The notes under the pieces were generated by a model, which was not told where the DNA came from, searched no databases, and saw only the letters and a list, made by a program, of their open reading frames with translations. Below are positions 12,554-24,980 of a DNA stretch of 64,000 bases, piece by piece. Location: the NCBI GenBank assembly GCA_965113315.1, contig OZ220371.1; one strand, given 5' to 3'. Position 1 is the stretch's first letter, and every line of letters starts with the position of its first letter. The DNA is from Podarcis vaucheri (taxonomy: Eukaryota). Both the position numbers and the translations under genes were made by a program.

Positions 12554-15229
12554 CTGCATGCCAGGAGACAAATCCAGCAGGACTGAGCAGGTGCCATCTC
12601 TGAAATCTAGTAGGATTAGGTTTTACTTGTAGTTTAACAGGCATCGAGATATATTATCCCCTGAAACATTTCAATGTCAAGCTCTTAAAGATTTATCTAG
12701 CTTAAACAAATCATAGGGCGTTGCTAAGGGAGATACGGTAACAGAAGTGTTGTAACATTTCCGATGAAGGCATTGTTGACATGTCAGGTTTATACGGATG
12801 GCATTTGATGTGATTTCCTTTCATATGTTGCAGCAGAGCTTAGCCTTCCTTTCCAAACAAACTGTAAAGATACCTGTCAAACATTATAGAGAACCTTGGA
12901 AGTGAGAGTGCTTTGTGCTAGGTCAAAAACAGAGAATGAACATTCGGCTCCATAAGCCGGAGGCAGCTTTCATTGTTGTTCTAAGACATAGTAATTAAAA
13001 TAAAGGGGGTTGTTTTATGATAGGATTTTGGAGCAGGGCTTTCCCTAATAACCTTGAATAATAAAAATGACTGTGTGTGCAGCTGATTGAGGAATTAAAA
13101 CATACACTGGATCTAACCTGCCAAGATTATTCTCTGCAAATTCTAACATGTCCAGTATATTGACATTTGTGAAGGTCATGCTTTAAAAGAAAGGTGAACC
13201 TCAGATACAGTACATACTCATTGTGCACATATTAAAGGCACATAATACATTTTCTTATATTCTGCAGCAAAGCTGAACCTTCTCCAAGACCTAGAGTGTC
13301 ATATTTATTGCTTATCCCCAAGGATGGGGATTTAGCATTTGGATAGCTAATAGGAACAGAATGTTTTCATCTATGACTAATGCAATGGCTAAGTGCTGGA
13401 TTCCAACTGGAACCCAGACCTATTGGGAGAAAACAAATTGGGATATTAGGAAGATAACACTGGAACGTCTCTTAACCCTGTCAAAGTGGGAACACAGCCG
13501 TCTTTCCAGAGATGTTCTCCCGTGAGAATCCAGAAGTATTTGATAGTTCTCATTCAGTATAGCAAACTCCCATTTGGGATTGTTTTTGTTTTAAGTATGC
13601 ATGGACTGGGGTAGATATGAAAATCACTGGGAATGTGAATAATGACAACAACAATAAATGGAGCATATTATTCAATATAGTGAGAAGCTGTCAAAATGAA
13701 TTGTGAGTTATATAAGATGAAGACATGGGGCAAATCTACACTGGTCAGTTATAACATTAAAAATCCATTACAAAAATGAGACACCAGAGGATGTTGTAGA
13801 GCAGCAATCTGTTGTCAGTGGAAAATTGCATTGGGAGCCATATTATTATTTTCTAAGCATTTTTATAGATCAGTGTAGACCTAGCCTTGGTGTAGAATAT
13901 ATGCTGAGATAAGAGCTATGTATCTGTAGATCTGTGAAATAAGTTAGCATTCTAAAATTAATCCACACAGTATTTCTTTTTGAATGTTCTCTGCCTGTGG
14001 TCCAGGAAGAAAAGGAGGCTAATGTGGTAATGAGTAAAAACCTCTTGGTGATGCCTCTTAACAGTTGCTATATGGGCAAAAGTCCACGGGAGGAGTCCTC
14101 ACCTAGGGTAGAGGCATGGTTGATGATAAGAGATTGGGACTTTACAGTGGCTGCACTAATATTGTGGAATACTTGGCCCATGAAGCAAAGATGGAGCTCT
14201 TTCTGCCTGCTTTTACCAGCTGGTAAAGACATAATTTTAGGCAGGCTTTTGTCTACTAAGTATTATCTGAGAAGGCCATTTTCATCTGTGGTAATTACCA
14301 CTTTATGTAACTTTCAGTTGTTTTGTTTGCATCTTATTGTATTTTGATGTTAAATTGGATCTGTATATGTGTGTGTGTGTGTGTGTAGGCTTGCCATGCG
14401 CGATGGAAAAAGCAGTAGAAACAGCTCAAGAAACTTATTTTTGTGTTAGGTTTCCCCTCAAAAGCTCAACAATTTTGGGGTCTTCCTTTATGGAATATGG
14501 CAGCCCGAGAGTTTTAGGTTATCTATCCTTGTTTTTGAACTTGTATTTAAAAGTCATTTTTTAAAAGTACTTTTTTCTGGAAAAAGAAACTAATAAACAA
14601 GACCAACAATTATAATAACTAGTTGTAAACCAACCTGTGTGGTGCATAGAGGCTAGAATGGTGGGGCAGGAATTTCTATATAAAGAAATATAAATCAATC
14701 CTTATCCAAAGCATGTCTGTGTTGTGGCTTTACATTAAGGAGATTCTGGCCCTGGGAAATAATCCAAAGGAAGGAAAGAGTGGAGTGGAGTGACAAGGAG
14801 CCAAGTAGACTAGAAAGACGATGGCTTTCCTTCTGTTCCTGAGAAGCTGGCAAGCGCATCAATCTCCGATTGATTTCTCTTCCAAAGGAGGCAAATGTGG
14901 TAAGCTACCTAGGCTGCAGTTCAGAAGGTTCAGTATAGGCAATGTTGTGACTCAACACACCCATGCAACACATCAGATTCTCCTGATCTGGTAGGAATTG
15001 AAAGTTTTCCAGATTAGTTTGAGATTTTGCTTTGGCAACATTTGGCTCTCCTTCATTGGAGGTTTTAATTGAGATTCCTGCATTGCATGACCCTCTATAA
15101 TTGTACAATTCTATGAACATATAGTACTGGCTCCCCCCATCACAATTCTACACCCCCTCACCTGTGTCTTTGGCTTTGTGTTCTGCTTCTGCTCAAGGCC
15201 GTCTAAGGCCCAACATTTGACATGGTTGC

Positions 15230-15580
15230 ATTTGAACAATTGCATCTCAGTTTAATAAGCCAGGATACGTGCAAGACTTTAGCCTCTTCTCTCCTCCCAT
15301 TGCTGTGCCTCAAGGAAATGAGCAAGTGTCTTATTAACCATGGTTTCCTGTTTCACCCAAATCAGCAAACTATGGTTGCCTAATGCAGAACACAGTTTGA
15401 AGTGGGTTTATGTTACAATAACCATAGTTGTCCATTTCAGATGAAACAGGAAACAGGTTTATTAAACACTGCCCACTTTTCATTCAGACATGCTGTGGAG
15501 AGGGGACAGAAGATGCTGAGCATGTGGGCAGGTCTTGTCCATAGCTCAGTTTATTAAACTATAGGATGATCATCCAAACC
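15230..15580. repeat. Old fold-back element (probable MITE)
   Basis: Inverted arms: GTTTCCTGTTTCA..AAACTATGGTTG vs AACCATAGTTG..TGAAACAGGAAAC; AGTTTAATAAG vs TTTATTAAACT. Confidence 0.55.
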
Positions 15581-15658
15581 CATCCAATGCCTCACAAATA
15601 TATTCAAGAAGTTCAATATTGTCAACCAGCTGAAAAACTGTGAAAAGATCAGGCTTTC

Positions 15659-16302
15659 AGAAATGTTGGAAATGTAAAGAAAAGGATGGCACTTTTTACC
15701 ATATGTGGTGGGAATGTAAGAAAATGAAGAACTTCTGGGAATTGATATATAATGAATTGAAAAAAATGTTGAAATATACATTTGTTAAGAAACCAGAGGC
15801 ATTTCTTTTAGGAATTATAGGAAATGAAATAAATAGAAAAGATTGTAAACTTTTCCAATATGCAGTAACAGCGGCAAGAATATTACTGGCCCAGAAATGG
15901 AAACGGGAACATATACCAACATTGGAGGAGTGGAGAATGAAGCTGATGGACTATGCAGAACTTGATAAACTGACAGGGAAGATCAGATATCTACGAGATC
16001 AAAAGTTCATCGAGGACTGGGGAAAGCTAGTGGATTATTGGGAAGTGATAATGAAATAACGTTAGTGGCATTTAAAGAAGCTCTGTAAAAACCTAGGAAA
16101 TATTGTAAGAAAGAAAGAAAGGTGTGGAAGGGTATGTTAAAAGGCAATAGAAAATTTAGGAAATGTGTAATTAAAAAGTTTAATTCGGATGATTGTTAGA
16201 GAGGCTGAAGGAAGTCCAAAAACGAGAAAATTTGTTAAAGTTGTAAAGTGGTGCGATATGTATTTTTCTTGATGAAAATTAATTAAAAAATTACACAAAA
16301 AA
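15659..16302 (+). mobile_element. 5'-truncated L1-clade LINE (ORF2 C-terminus, 3'UTR, A-rich tail)
   Basis: CWKC..GTFYHMWWEC zinc-finger region of L1 ORF2, open to 16059; perfect 17-bp TSD GAAAAGATCAGGCTTTC at 15642-15658 and 16303-16319. Confidence 0.9.
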
Positions 16303-17855
16303 GAAAAGATCAGGCTTTCTGTTTATTAATTACAAGACTTTTAAACAAATCTAATGCTAAGCTACCTCAACTTTTAGCAGTTGTCCTTTATGTTAAAGGA
16401 CTGTGAATCAGAGTGACTTTAAAATTGCTCATTATTTGTGAATCACTATTTTTAAACAAAGGAAAAACAGGATTTATTGAGAGTATGTGTACTCTATGTC
16501 TAAATTTATTCTCTAAATGAGCTTTCCTCATCTGTTTTTTCATCTGTAAGGAACTAAAACTAGCTGAAAGATTGCTCCAGTAAGTCTTGATTCACCCCTC
16601 TTATTAAGCATTGAAGCCTTGGCTGTAATATGAACACATCCATATGCTGTTTCCCTTTCTCCCATCTGGAATTATAGCAAAGCATGCTGAGATGTTACCA
16701 TGGCTATGTAATAACAACCAATTGCATTTCACTGTCTTTCTGCCATACGATCTGTTTTGAGTTTGGAATATTTGCTGGAAGGAGTGATGGCTCTATGACT
16801 TCTGAGTCATATTTATTAAATGCAAAATGTTTTCACAGAACTCCTCTTAGAACCATAATAAAACAACGAAGACCAAGTAGCCAACCATCTCCTATAATAG
16901 GGTGTGCTGCCATGTAGAATGTGTGTGGGGAACCAGAACCATGTGTGCATGATTTAAAAAAAATCTTCTCAGTATAATGAAGAGCCAGAGTAGCAAATTC
17001 AGGGTTTGTTTAATGACAAGGAGTGAGACTTTAACACCAGTGTTGGATTGACGTCCGGGCTAAGCATGTTATAGGACAGCGTACTGGACAAACTGAGGTC
17101 ACAATGTTCTTTGAATGTGAGGTGGGCCTCAATATGAAGTATGAGGACGCTCTTAGGTTAGTCAATGCTAGTAGTGAAGAAATGTCAACTAAACTCAATC
17201 AGCTTGTGTAACAGTAGGGCCAGAGTCCATGTGATTTTAACTGACCAATTATTACAGACTGGTCTGCCCTGGTGCTCAGGTTAGTGATCTGTGTGTCTGT
17301 TAAGACAACATGGAAGCTAAATAAGTAAAACAGCCATGCATATTCAATTTAGAAGGAAGGAGTGTGATATTTCTACCTATAGAAAATGACATTATTTTCG
17401 CTTTCATATATATGCTTTCATGCACTCTATAATTTGAGTTGTCACATTTCTAAAGTGGCTGGGCTGGCTTCTTTTTGTAGTACAAACACACTGGCCCAAA
17501 TTGGTAATACTGTAAAAACACCAAATTAGGAGACTACAAATTTGGGTTTTTTTGCTAGTTTGAGCTAGAAGATGTTGTTTTGTGTGATATAATCCCAATT
17601 CTTTCCATCTGTGGAACAATTGCTGGTGAGCGCCTTCCTGCTTTTTGTTTTATACTCCATTTTTATCTACAGGCTGTTTCACAAAACCTTACTACTGTAG
17701 GATCAACCCTGGCTGAGCCAGTGTAAAGAAAGTGTTTGTATCCCATGTCAAAGCCTTTGAAAGATTCTCGCAGGTTAGGACATGGCGGCTGTTTTATGCT
17801 CAGAAGTAATATCCTGTCAGCAACACAAGGAGGAGACTCTTCATGTATATTACAG

Positions 17856-17982
17856 CAGGGGCAGCCAACGTGAAGTGTTGGACTGTAATGGCCAGGAGCC
17901 TCAGGCAGCATGGCCAATGGTCTGGGACAATGGGAGTTGCAGTCGAACACCACCGGGGGGGACACCATGTTGGCTGACCCAG
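17856..17982. mobile_element. Degenerate palindromic hAT MITE
   Basis: CAGGGGCAGCCAAC..GTTGGCTGACCCAG termini; internal TGTTGGACTG / CAGTCGAACA. Confidence 0.55.
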
Positions 17983-18308
17983 GATTATTATCAGTACAGT
18001 ACACTGTTGGATAATATAGGTTTATGTGACTAGGAATGAGCCCTGTATCTATGTATCTGTCTCTATGACAGCAGCTCCAAAATACAGTGAAGCAAGATGT
18101 CTAGCATTGTTTCCTGTGCAGAACCTTGTGAACTGTAGATACTATGCAGGTTCATATAGTTGACAGTAAGGGAAAGGGGTGGATTCCCTCCACCCAATAA
18201 AATAGGCAAAGTCAGCTTGATCTGCCACACTTGCTATTAATAGCATTATGCTATTGCTACTGAGGCAAAAGTCACTGCTTGAGCCTCTACAGCAGAATCT
18301 GTCTATGT

Positions 18309-18737
18309 CAGGGGTCAGCAAACTTTTTCAGCAGGGGGCCGGTCCACTGTCCCTCAGACCTTGTGGGAGGCAGGACTATATTTTTTTTGGGGGGGGGAAT
18401 GAGCCCCAATGGCTGCTTACTTGTGTCTTGTGAGCACCAGGGGCTGGTGGTGGCGGAGGGACGAAAGGGCTCCAGGGAGGGGCTGCTTAAAATGGTGGCC
18501 GCTTGAGTGCTGCTGCTTCTGGCACCAAAAAAAACCCAGCCCCCTTCCTCCTCTAGGCAGGGCGGGGAGAAGCCAGGAGGATGGAGGGAGGATGCATTGC
18601 CGCTGCTGCCATGTGAGGGAGAGGGAAAGAGCACGTGCACTGGCAATCCATGCTGCAATTCCCGGACTGTCCACAGGCCGGATTCAGAAGGCAATTGGAC
18701 CTGATCTGGCCCGTGGACCTTAGTTTGCCGACCCATG
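18309..18737. mobile_element. Non-autonomous hAT (Charlie-like) MITE
   Basis: TIRs CAGGGGTCAGCAAACT / AGTTTGCCGACCCATG; 8-bp TSD GTCTATGT (18301-18308) / GTCTACAT (18738-18745). Confidence 0.85.
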
Positions 18738-21700
18738 GTCTACATGATCAGACAAGCTGGACGGCCATCAAAAAGGAAGGGAGACCTTATTCTTTGTCCC
18801 CATGACCATTATCGTTTTTTAGAGATGCCTGTTTTTCAGAAAAGTGCCTTGTTCGATGATGGTGGTGGTGGTGGTGGTAGTGGTGATGATTTACTATTTA
18901 TACCCCACCCACTCTATTCTCTATCATGTAGATGCTGATTTCACATTTGTAGCAATTTTTTTCTACATTAGATGCTTGATATAGGTTGATTGGCATCTAG
19001 GGCAGAGACATCGGTGATAGAGATCAGTATCCATTAAATTAAATCCAATCACCTATGTGACTTCCTTCTAACTGTAGGCTTACTATTATCTGTGAATATC
19101 ATGTCAGTTAAAGAACACAACAAATGGCATTTTGTGGACCATGATTGTGGCAAAACGGACGCAAGGGGCCAACAGCTTAAGAGCAACACTTTTCAGAGAG
19201 ACACTGATATATTACTTCTCTCTGAAATCAAGCGATCTACAGTGCCAGCTACAATAGGACCCCCACTCCTTGTTCCGCATGCCTCAGCCTGTGCGATGCT
19301 CTAATTAATTTTGTTTTGTTTCAAGAAAGAGCTCTCCAAGTTCAAGCTGGTGCCAAGGGCAAGTTCAGAGACACAGCCAAGGAAGATAGAAAGGAACCGG
19401 CACTTAAAAGTGATGTTCTCCAGAAGGCACAAAATATGTAAAGGTCTAAATCTAAAATATTCAGTTATGTATGCCTTGAGCTTATTGCTCAACCTGCACT
19501 TCCCCGTTTCTCCCTTCCCTGGTGCCTCAAGGGGAATAAAAATTGATGAAACTACTTCCGAGAGCTGTTGGCTGTGTTTGGTGCTAGTTGGTGCACGTTC
19601 ATCTCTCCCTGCCCTCCCCTCTCATTCACATTTATTAGTTCAGTGCCAAATTCACTTGGCTCACACAATGAAAGAAATGTTATCTTTCTTTAGACACTTC
19701 CCATTTAGGCTGCACTCTTCAAAGGCACCTCTCTAAGCTGGTGCATTGAGCTTTGCTGGACACACCAGCATGCACTTTATTTCATTTTACTAATTGTAGT
19801 GGAATCTGAGGAATACTAGATGATTTGTGGGGTGAAATGCTTCCTTGTGGATAGCTCCACAGCAGCGCCACAAGGAGCGATTTAACTCACCTTCCATCTG
19901 GTGACCATAAATGTGTGCAATATCCAGTTCCTCATCAGGAGAAACCTGATTCTTCAGTTGGAATAGGGACACTGTATATATAATCTTAGAGGCATTTTCT
20001 TCTGGAAGAAAGAGAGGGAAAACTAATGAACAGTTATGCCATTTAAGAATAATATTTCTCATGCATAGCATGTCCAAAGTCATTCTCATTTTTATCTTGC
20101 TTATTTTCACATTGGCCAACGGAGAGACTGCTGTCATTTGGAGGAGGGGAGAGTGAGTACCGTATATGTTTGGGTCCTGTTTGCAGGTTTCCCACAGGCC
20201 TTTGTATCTTTGTAGGCCACTGTGAGAACAGGATGGTAGGCTACAGCCTTTAGTCAACCAAACCAGAGCAGTCAAAAATGTGGAAGGTGGAAATTACATT
20301 AACCTAAACCTTGACTTCCGGGTTTTGATGCAGCTCCTCTGCACAGAGACTATGTATGTACAAGAAGTTTTGTTTGAAGGTTCTGCTAATGTGATCTGGA
20401 ATGCTCTGAGATTCAGGGCTCCTAATTGTCTAGCAAGAAACTAGACACATGTCTAACTTACATGTACAAACAATCTGTGCAGGAGAACTGGATCAGTGTA
20501 GGGTGGTCAAGAGTAGGGCCACAAAGCACAATGCCCACTAGTCCTCCACATACTGACTGTGCCCTGTTTGGGCTTAAGACCCATTTCACACAAGCAGTAT
20601 TGCACATGGGGTTGCATGCCAGCTTCTGCATTTGTGGTTACCATGGCAGGTGTGGTGGGAGATTAGCCTTCTGACCAAGCTAAGCACCAGTGAGATGGTT
20701 GATCATCATCCCAGACATCCTGTGATCTCTGCCTATTTATCAACTTCTAAGTTGAAAGGAGGGGCTCTATTATTTGGTCCCTTTTTCTGAGGTGTTTGGT
20801 GCACCTAACACAGAGTGATCAAACAGGAGAGTGCTCTGATGCCTTTTCCCCTGCAGGTTAGGTTGGCATGGTGCTACTATATAGGGCCAAAGAAGACTCT
20901 GGTGGCCACAGTGTTTGGCTAGCAAGACCAGCCGAAAATTGTAGACTCCTGTTTGCATGGTTCTGGATTAAGCCACATACCATATCACATGCTATCATAT
21001 AGATATTGAGCAGAGCATCAAAAGACATTGTAACCTCAACCACGACTACCCACAACTACTATTACTAAAAATTTATAAAGCAGCAGCAATGTGTTGTGTA
21101 ACATTGTTATTCTGATTGAATCCTGCATTGCCACACATTATACACTTAATAAAATTACAGAGTGAGGAAGATTACAAAACCAGTGCTTAACTTATTGATG
21201 TGTTAAAGAGAGCATGTATTGTATAACAACCTAGATTATTATTATTAAAAGAAAGCACATATTTACTCAGAAGCAAATTAATGGAACTCAAAGGGATGTT
21301 TTCTCAGGTAAGTGGATATAGGATTGCAGTTTAAGGCAACACACCGGTGGTGTAAGCCCTATTGGCCACAGTATTACTTCTGAGTAGACTAGTTTAGGAT
21401 CGTTTTTAATCTGGTGTCCAAAACATAAGAACAATTTTTGGTATTTGCTTGGTTTGTTTTTCAACTTTTAGTTGAAGACCAGCTCATATAAAAAATATTG
21501 ATAATGACTTGAAAATCATGGTACAAACAGAAATTCTAATGGAAATGCCAGCAATCCTGACATGAATGGCGCCAGTATAAATACTTCCAAACTGACAGCT
21601 ACAAGCCCAGAGGCAAAATAAAAGCAAGTCTCTATCTTTCTATCTTTTTTTTTTTTAAAAAAAGCCCTGTTTCTTGGCCTTCTGTTACTGGTGATGTCTC

Positions 21701-22815
21701 ACCTAAAGTGTATCCAGTGACTCATCTTCCAATTACTGTTGCTGTCATTCTGGTCCAAATTAAGAGACGCTTTAGAAGATTAAAATAACCCAGTTGTGAG
21801 GCCTTATGAAAGCTTTGCTCTAAGCAACCTGACTTCCCTCTGATTATGCTTAAGAGGCTTTTGGATTCACATGTAAAATACATCTCAGGAACAGCAAATG
21901 GCCTTTGCCTTTGAAAATAAGACAATGGGAGAGTTGCTTTAAACAGGAAAAGCCTTTCTTTCAAAATAACCATTCACTCAATATCATCTTAAGCTATTTT
22001 CAAGGGTACGTCAAATATGTTGAGGTGGACATGAATTACTGTTACTGCAGAGTGCTTGGATTCAAGATATTGTTGAGGAAAAGGTTTCACCTGAATTAAC
22101 TTCGGGTAATCTGATGCTTTGAAGGAAAAAGAGAAATCTAGCAAAGGTTCCTCACTGTGCTACATATTCACAAGTCCTTTGTGCATATTCACAATGTATC
22201 CTGAAGCCTGAGAAGCAGGTATGCACTTTGAGGAGGTAAAATTCACTCCAGCTCTCAGATGTTTGTAATACAAAAGCTTTTTCTACAGTCAGAACACATC
22301 GATTTCACTGCTCTGCTCCTGACTTCTATGCATTTCTCATCTCTGAGCATGGGTTCTGTGTGCATACAGCCTCTGCGCGTACATCTTGTACATGCATGAT
22401 CAGGGACCCTGCTTCTTTGAAGGGTTCCAGTTCATGCATACAGAACCTATCCACATACAGCTAAATGCAGGGATGAGGGATCTGTGGAACTCAGGATATC
22501 AAAGAGGCTGTGAAAGTTGTGTAATGCAGTTCTGGCTGCAGCTGTGAGGTGCTTTCCTATATATTTACTTTCCTTAGTCTGATCTGATCAGAAAAATGTA
22601 TTGATGGAAGAAATGTTGGTGTCCTCCCAAGCAGGGCTCAGAAAAGAACCGTGGGGCCATGCAAAAGCCAACCTCAAAGGAGAAATGAGTTTTACATGCC
22701 CCTGAATCCTTCTGCAGCTTGGATTGAAATCTAAGGTGGGAAAGAATTGCTGGCTCCTTCCACTATGCGATGCAGGGGAGCAACGTTACCCACCATTTTT
22801 TTGTCCCTGCATCTA

Positions 22816-22852
<37 letters not shown>
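22816..22852. repeat. (TAT)n microsatellite
   Basis: About 12 tandem TAT units. Confidence 0.95.
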
Positions 22853-22854
<2 letters not shown>

Positions 22855-23798
22855 TTTAAGGCAAAGATTTAGTTTAAATACAGGCAGATTTAAGAGACTG
22901 ATAGGTGGCAGATTTCTCCAGGCCTTGGATTCACTCAGGAAAACGCTCCACAATTTTCTGAATTTTGTGTGTGGAAGATCTTGCATATCCATCTATAGTG
23001 GCCAGATACCCAAGTTTCCAATGCACAGAGCTGTATTTTCCCCAGAAAGGCAATCCATCCTCCCAATACAACCTCCAGAATGTAGGTCTAGCTGACATCT
23101 GGCAAGTCAAGTTCCGCCAAACACACAACAGTATGTTATTTGCCTCCAGATAAAGTCAGGCCAGCCTTAGTTGAACATTTAATAAACAATTTCCTAGTGG
23201 AAACCACACATAACTTTACAAGGCTAGGGCTGCATCAATAAATCCATCATTCTGTTTTTAGATAAACATTAACAGAGATTAGAGAGCCAGGTCACCCTCT
23301 GAACTTCCATTCTTGTGTGAGTGTGCTGTCAACAATCAAGCTGTATAAACAAAGGTCTGTGTGTGCCTGTGCAGCAAAACGTCTCCTCTCTCTGTTGCCT
23401 CAGCTTCACTTTAGCAAGGGCGGAGCAGAACTGGAAATGTCTGTCTCCTGCAAGACAAAATCTGGAGGGGAGCCAAATTCCACTGGTCCTACAGCTTCAG
23501 GGAGGAAAGAGTTGTAAACCAGCAATTAGTAATCCTGCTACTAAGAGGAAAGATTGCTGGGAAGTATAAATAGGGTCACTGTTTATACACAAGTTAAACT
23601 AGGAAGTGATCTGATTATATTGCTGCCAAAATGGCATGAGGGGGGAAAGAGCTCAGCTTGTGAGAATCACTGGGCTAATTCACATGACTCTTTCAGCAGG
23701 GCAAAATGTTGTTTGACTCGGCCTGTGAGCTGTTCTACACATGGTGTAGACTGAAGGTGAAGGGAAGTTTTCTGGCTAGCAGTGCTTCAGACTGCAAG

Positions 23799-23861
23799 TA
23801 ATAATAATAATAATAATTTATTATTTATACCCCACCCATCTGGCTGAGTTTCCCCAGCCAC
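23799..23861 (-). mobile_element. Very short L2 3'-end fragment with (TTA)n tail
   Basis: (TAA)n then TTTATTATTTATACCCCACCCATCTGG..TTCCCCAGCCAC, similar to the L2 tail at 57070-57110. Confidence 0.55.
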
Positions 23862-24137
23862 AAGTGGGTTGCGTGTGTCCTATTCTTAAATTTCTCCTTC
23901 TTGAATGTGACAAAGCCAATACGCTGGGATACAGCTTAGTAAACAATACAAATGGAACAATTTAAGCAGGACTTTCAGAAATGTGGCACATTCACACCCC
24001 AATCTACAGTGGCACGCCTCACATAATGGCTTGGTTGGTAAGGTGGTTTGCCAAGTTTAGTTGCTGGGAGTGATTTATCTGATAGCTTTGTTATATATAC
24101 ATGAGGTTATTATTGGTTGCTCTATCATAGTCTACTC

Positions 24138-24465
24138 AAGGGTGGGAATGAGGTAGATTAGGATCGATTGGTAGATCTCTGAGTGATCTGCAAAAGATTA
24201 ACAATGGCAGCAGCAAAATGATTTCCCCCACTTAAATTAGGGTGCTGAAATGATGATGATGAGCCAGGAGTAGCTTTTGTGTGAAAGGACTGGGCTTGCT
24301 TCAGTTCTGGTACTGGTGGGGGGGGGGTAGGCAATTGCTAGGATCAAAATAGTTCTTTTATTCTAACAATATGTCTTTTGCAGTTGGTACTGATTGATAC
24401 TGTAGATCTGGGGGTTCTAGTAAAAATGAATTAGATTTGACAAGCATACGGTCTGCCTACCGTTG
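24138..24465. mobile_element. Old hAT-like MITE
   Basis: Flanking 8-bp near-duplication GTCTACTC (24130-24137) / TTCTACTC (24466-24473); degenerate TIR AAGGGTGGG / CCTACCGTTG. Confidence 0.45.
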
Positions 24466-24980
24466 TTCTACTCAGAATTGTGGCGAGCATGGCCCTTTTG
24501 GTTCTCGGGCAGATGTCTTTTGCAGCACTCATTATTAAATCCCCTTCACTGTGTGCTCAAATTATAGCTTGGTCAGCACAGATACAGCACACTGGTGGAT
24601 CAAAGATGGCATTTGGGAATGCAATGAAATAACCAGATACATGTTGAACAAAATGGGGGACAGCATAGATCGGCAAGGGACTTCCTAACACTTATGTCAC
24701 AGGACATAAAGTGCTGCATTTACAAGTACTATATGAATAACATTTTCATTCAGTTTTTTTTTTAAATAAAAAAGATTAAGTCCAGTCTTAAGATTCAGTA
24801 TGGAAACCAAATAAGTGATTGATCAATGGAATGAAATTGCACAAAGTAAGTCTCAGAGTAGATACTGTTGTAAATAAAAATATGCCCTTTTCCCTTATGG
24901 GGTATCCAAGAGCCCATATAGAGTCCTTACTTAGGTTCCCTATTGGTAGGAGAAAATAACAGAGGCCAACCAGAGAATAT

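Noticed and set aside
19311-20275. ORFs of 141 and 161 aa
   Set aside because: No recognisable domain or splice structure; the length is compatible with chance.
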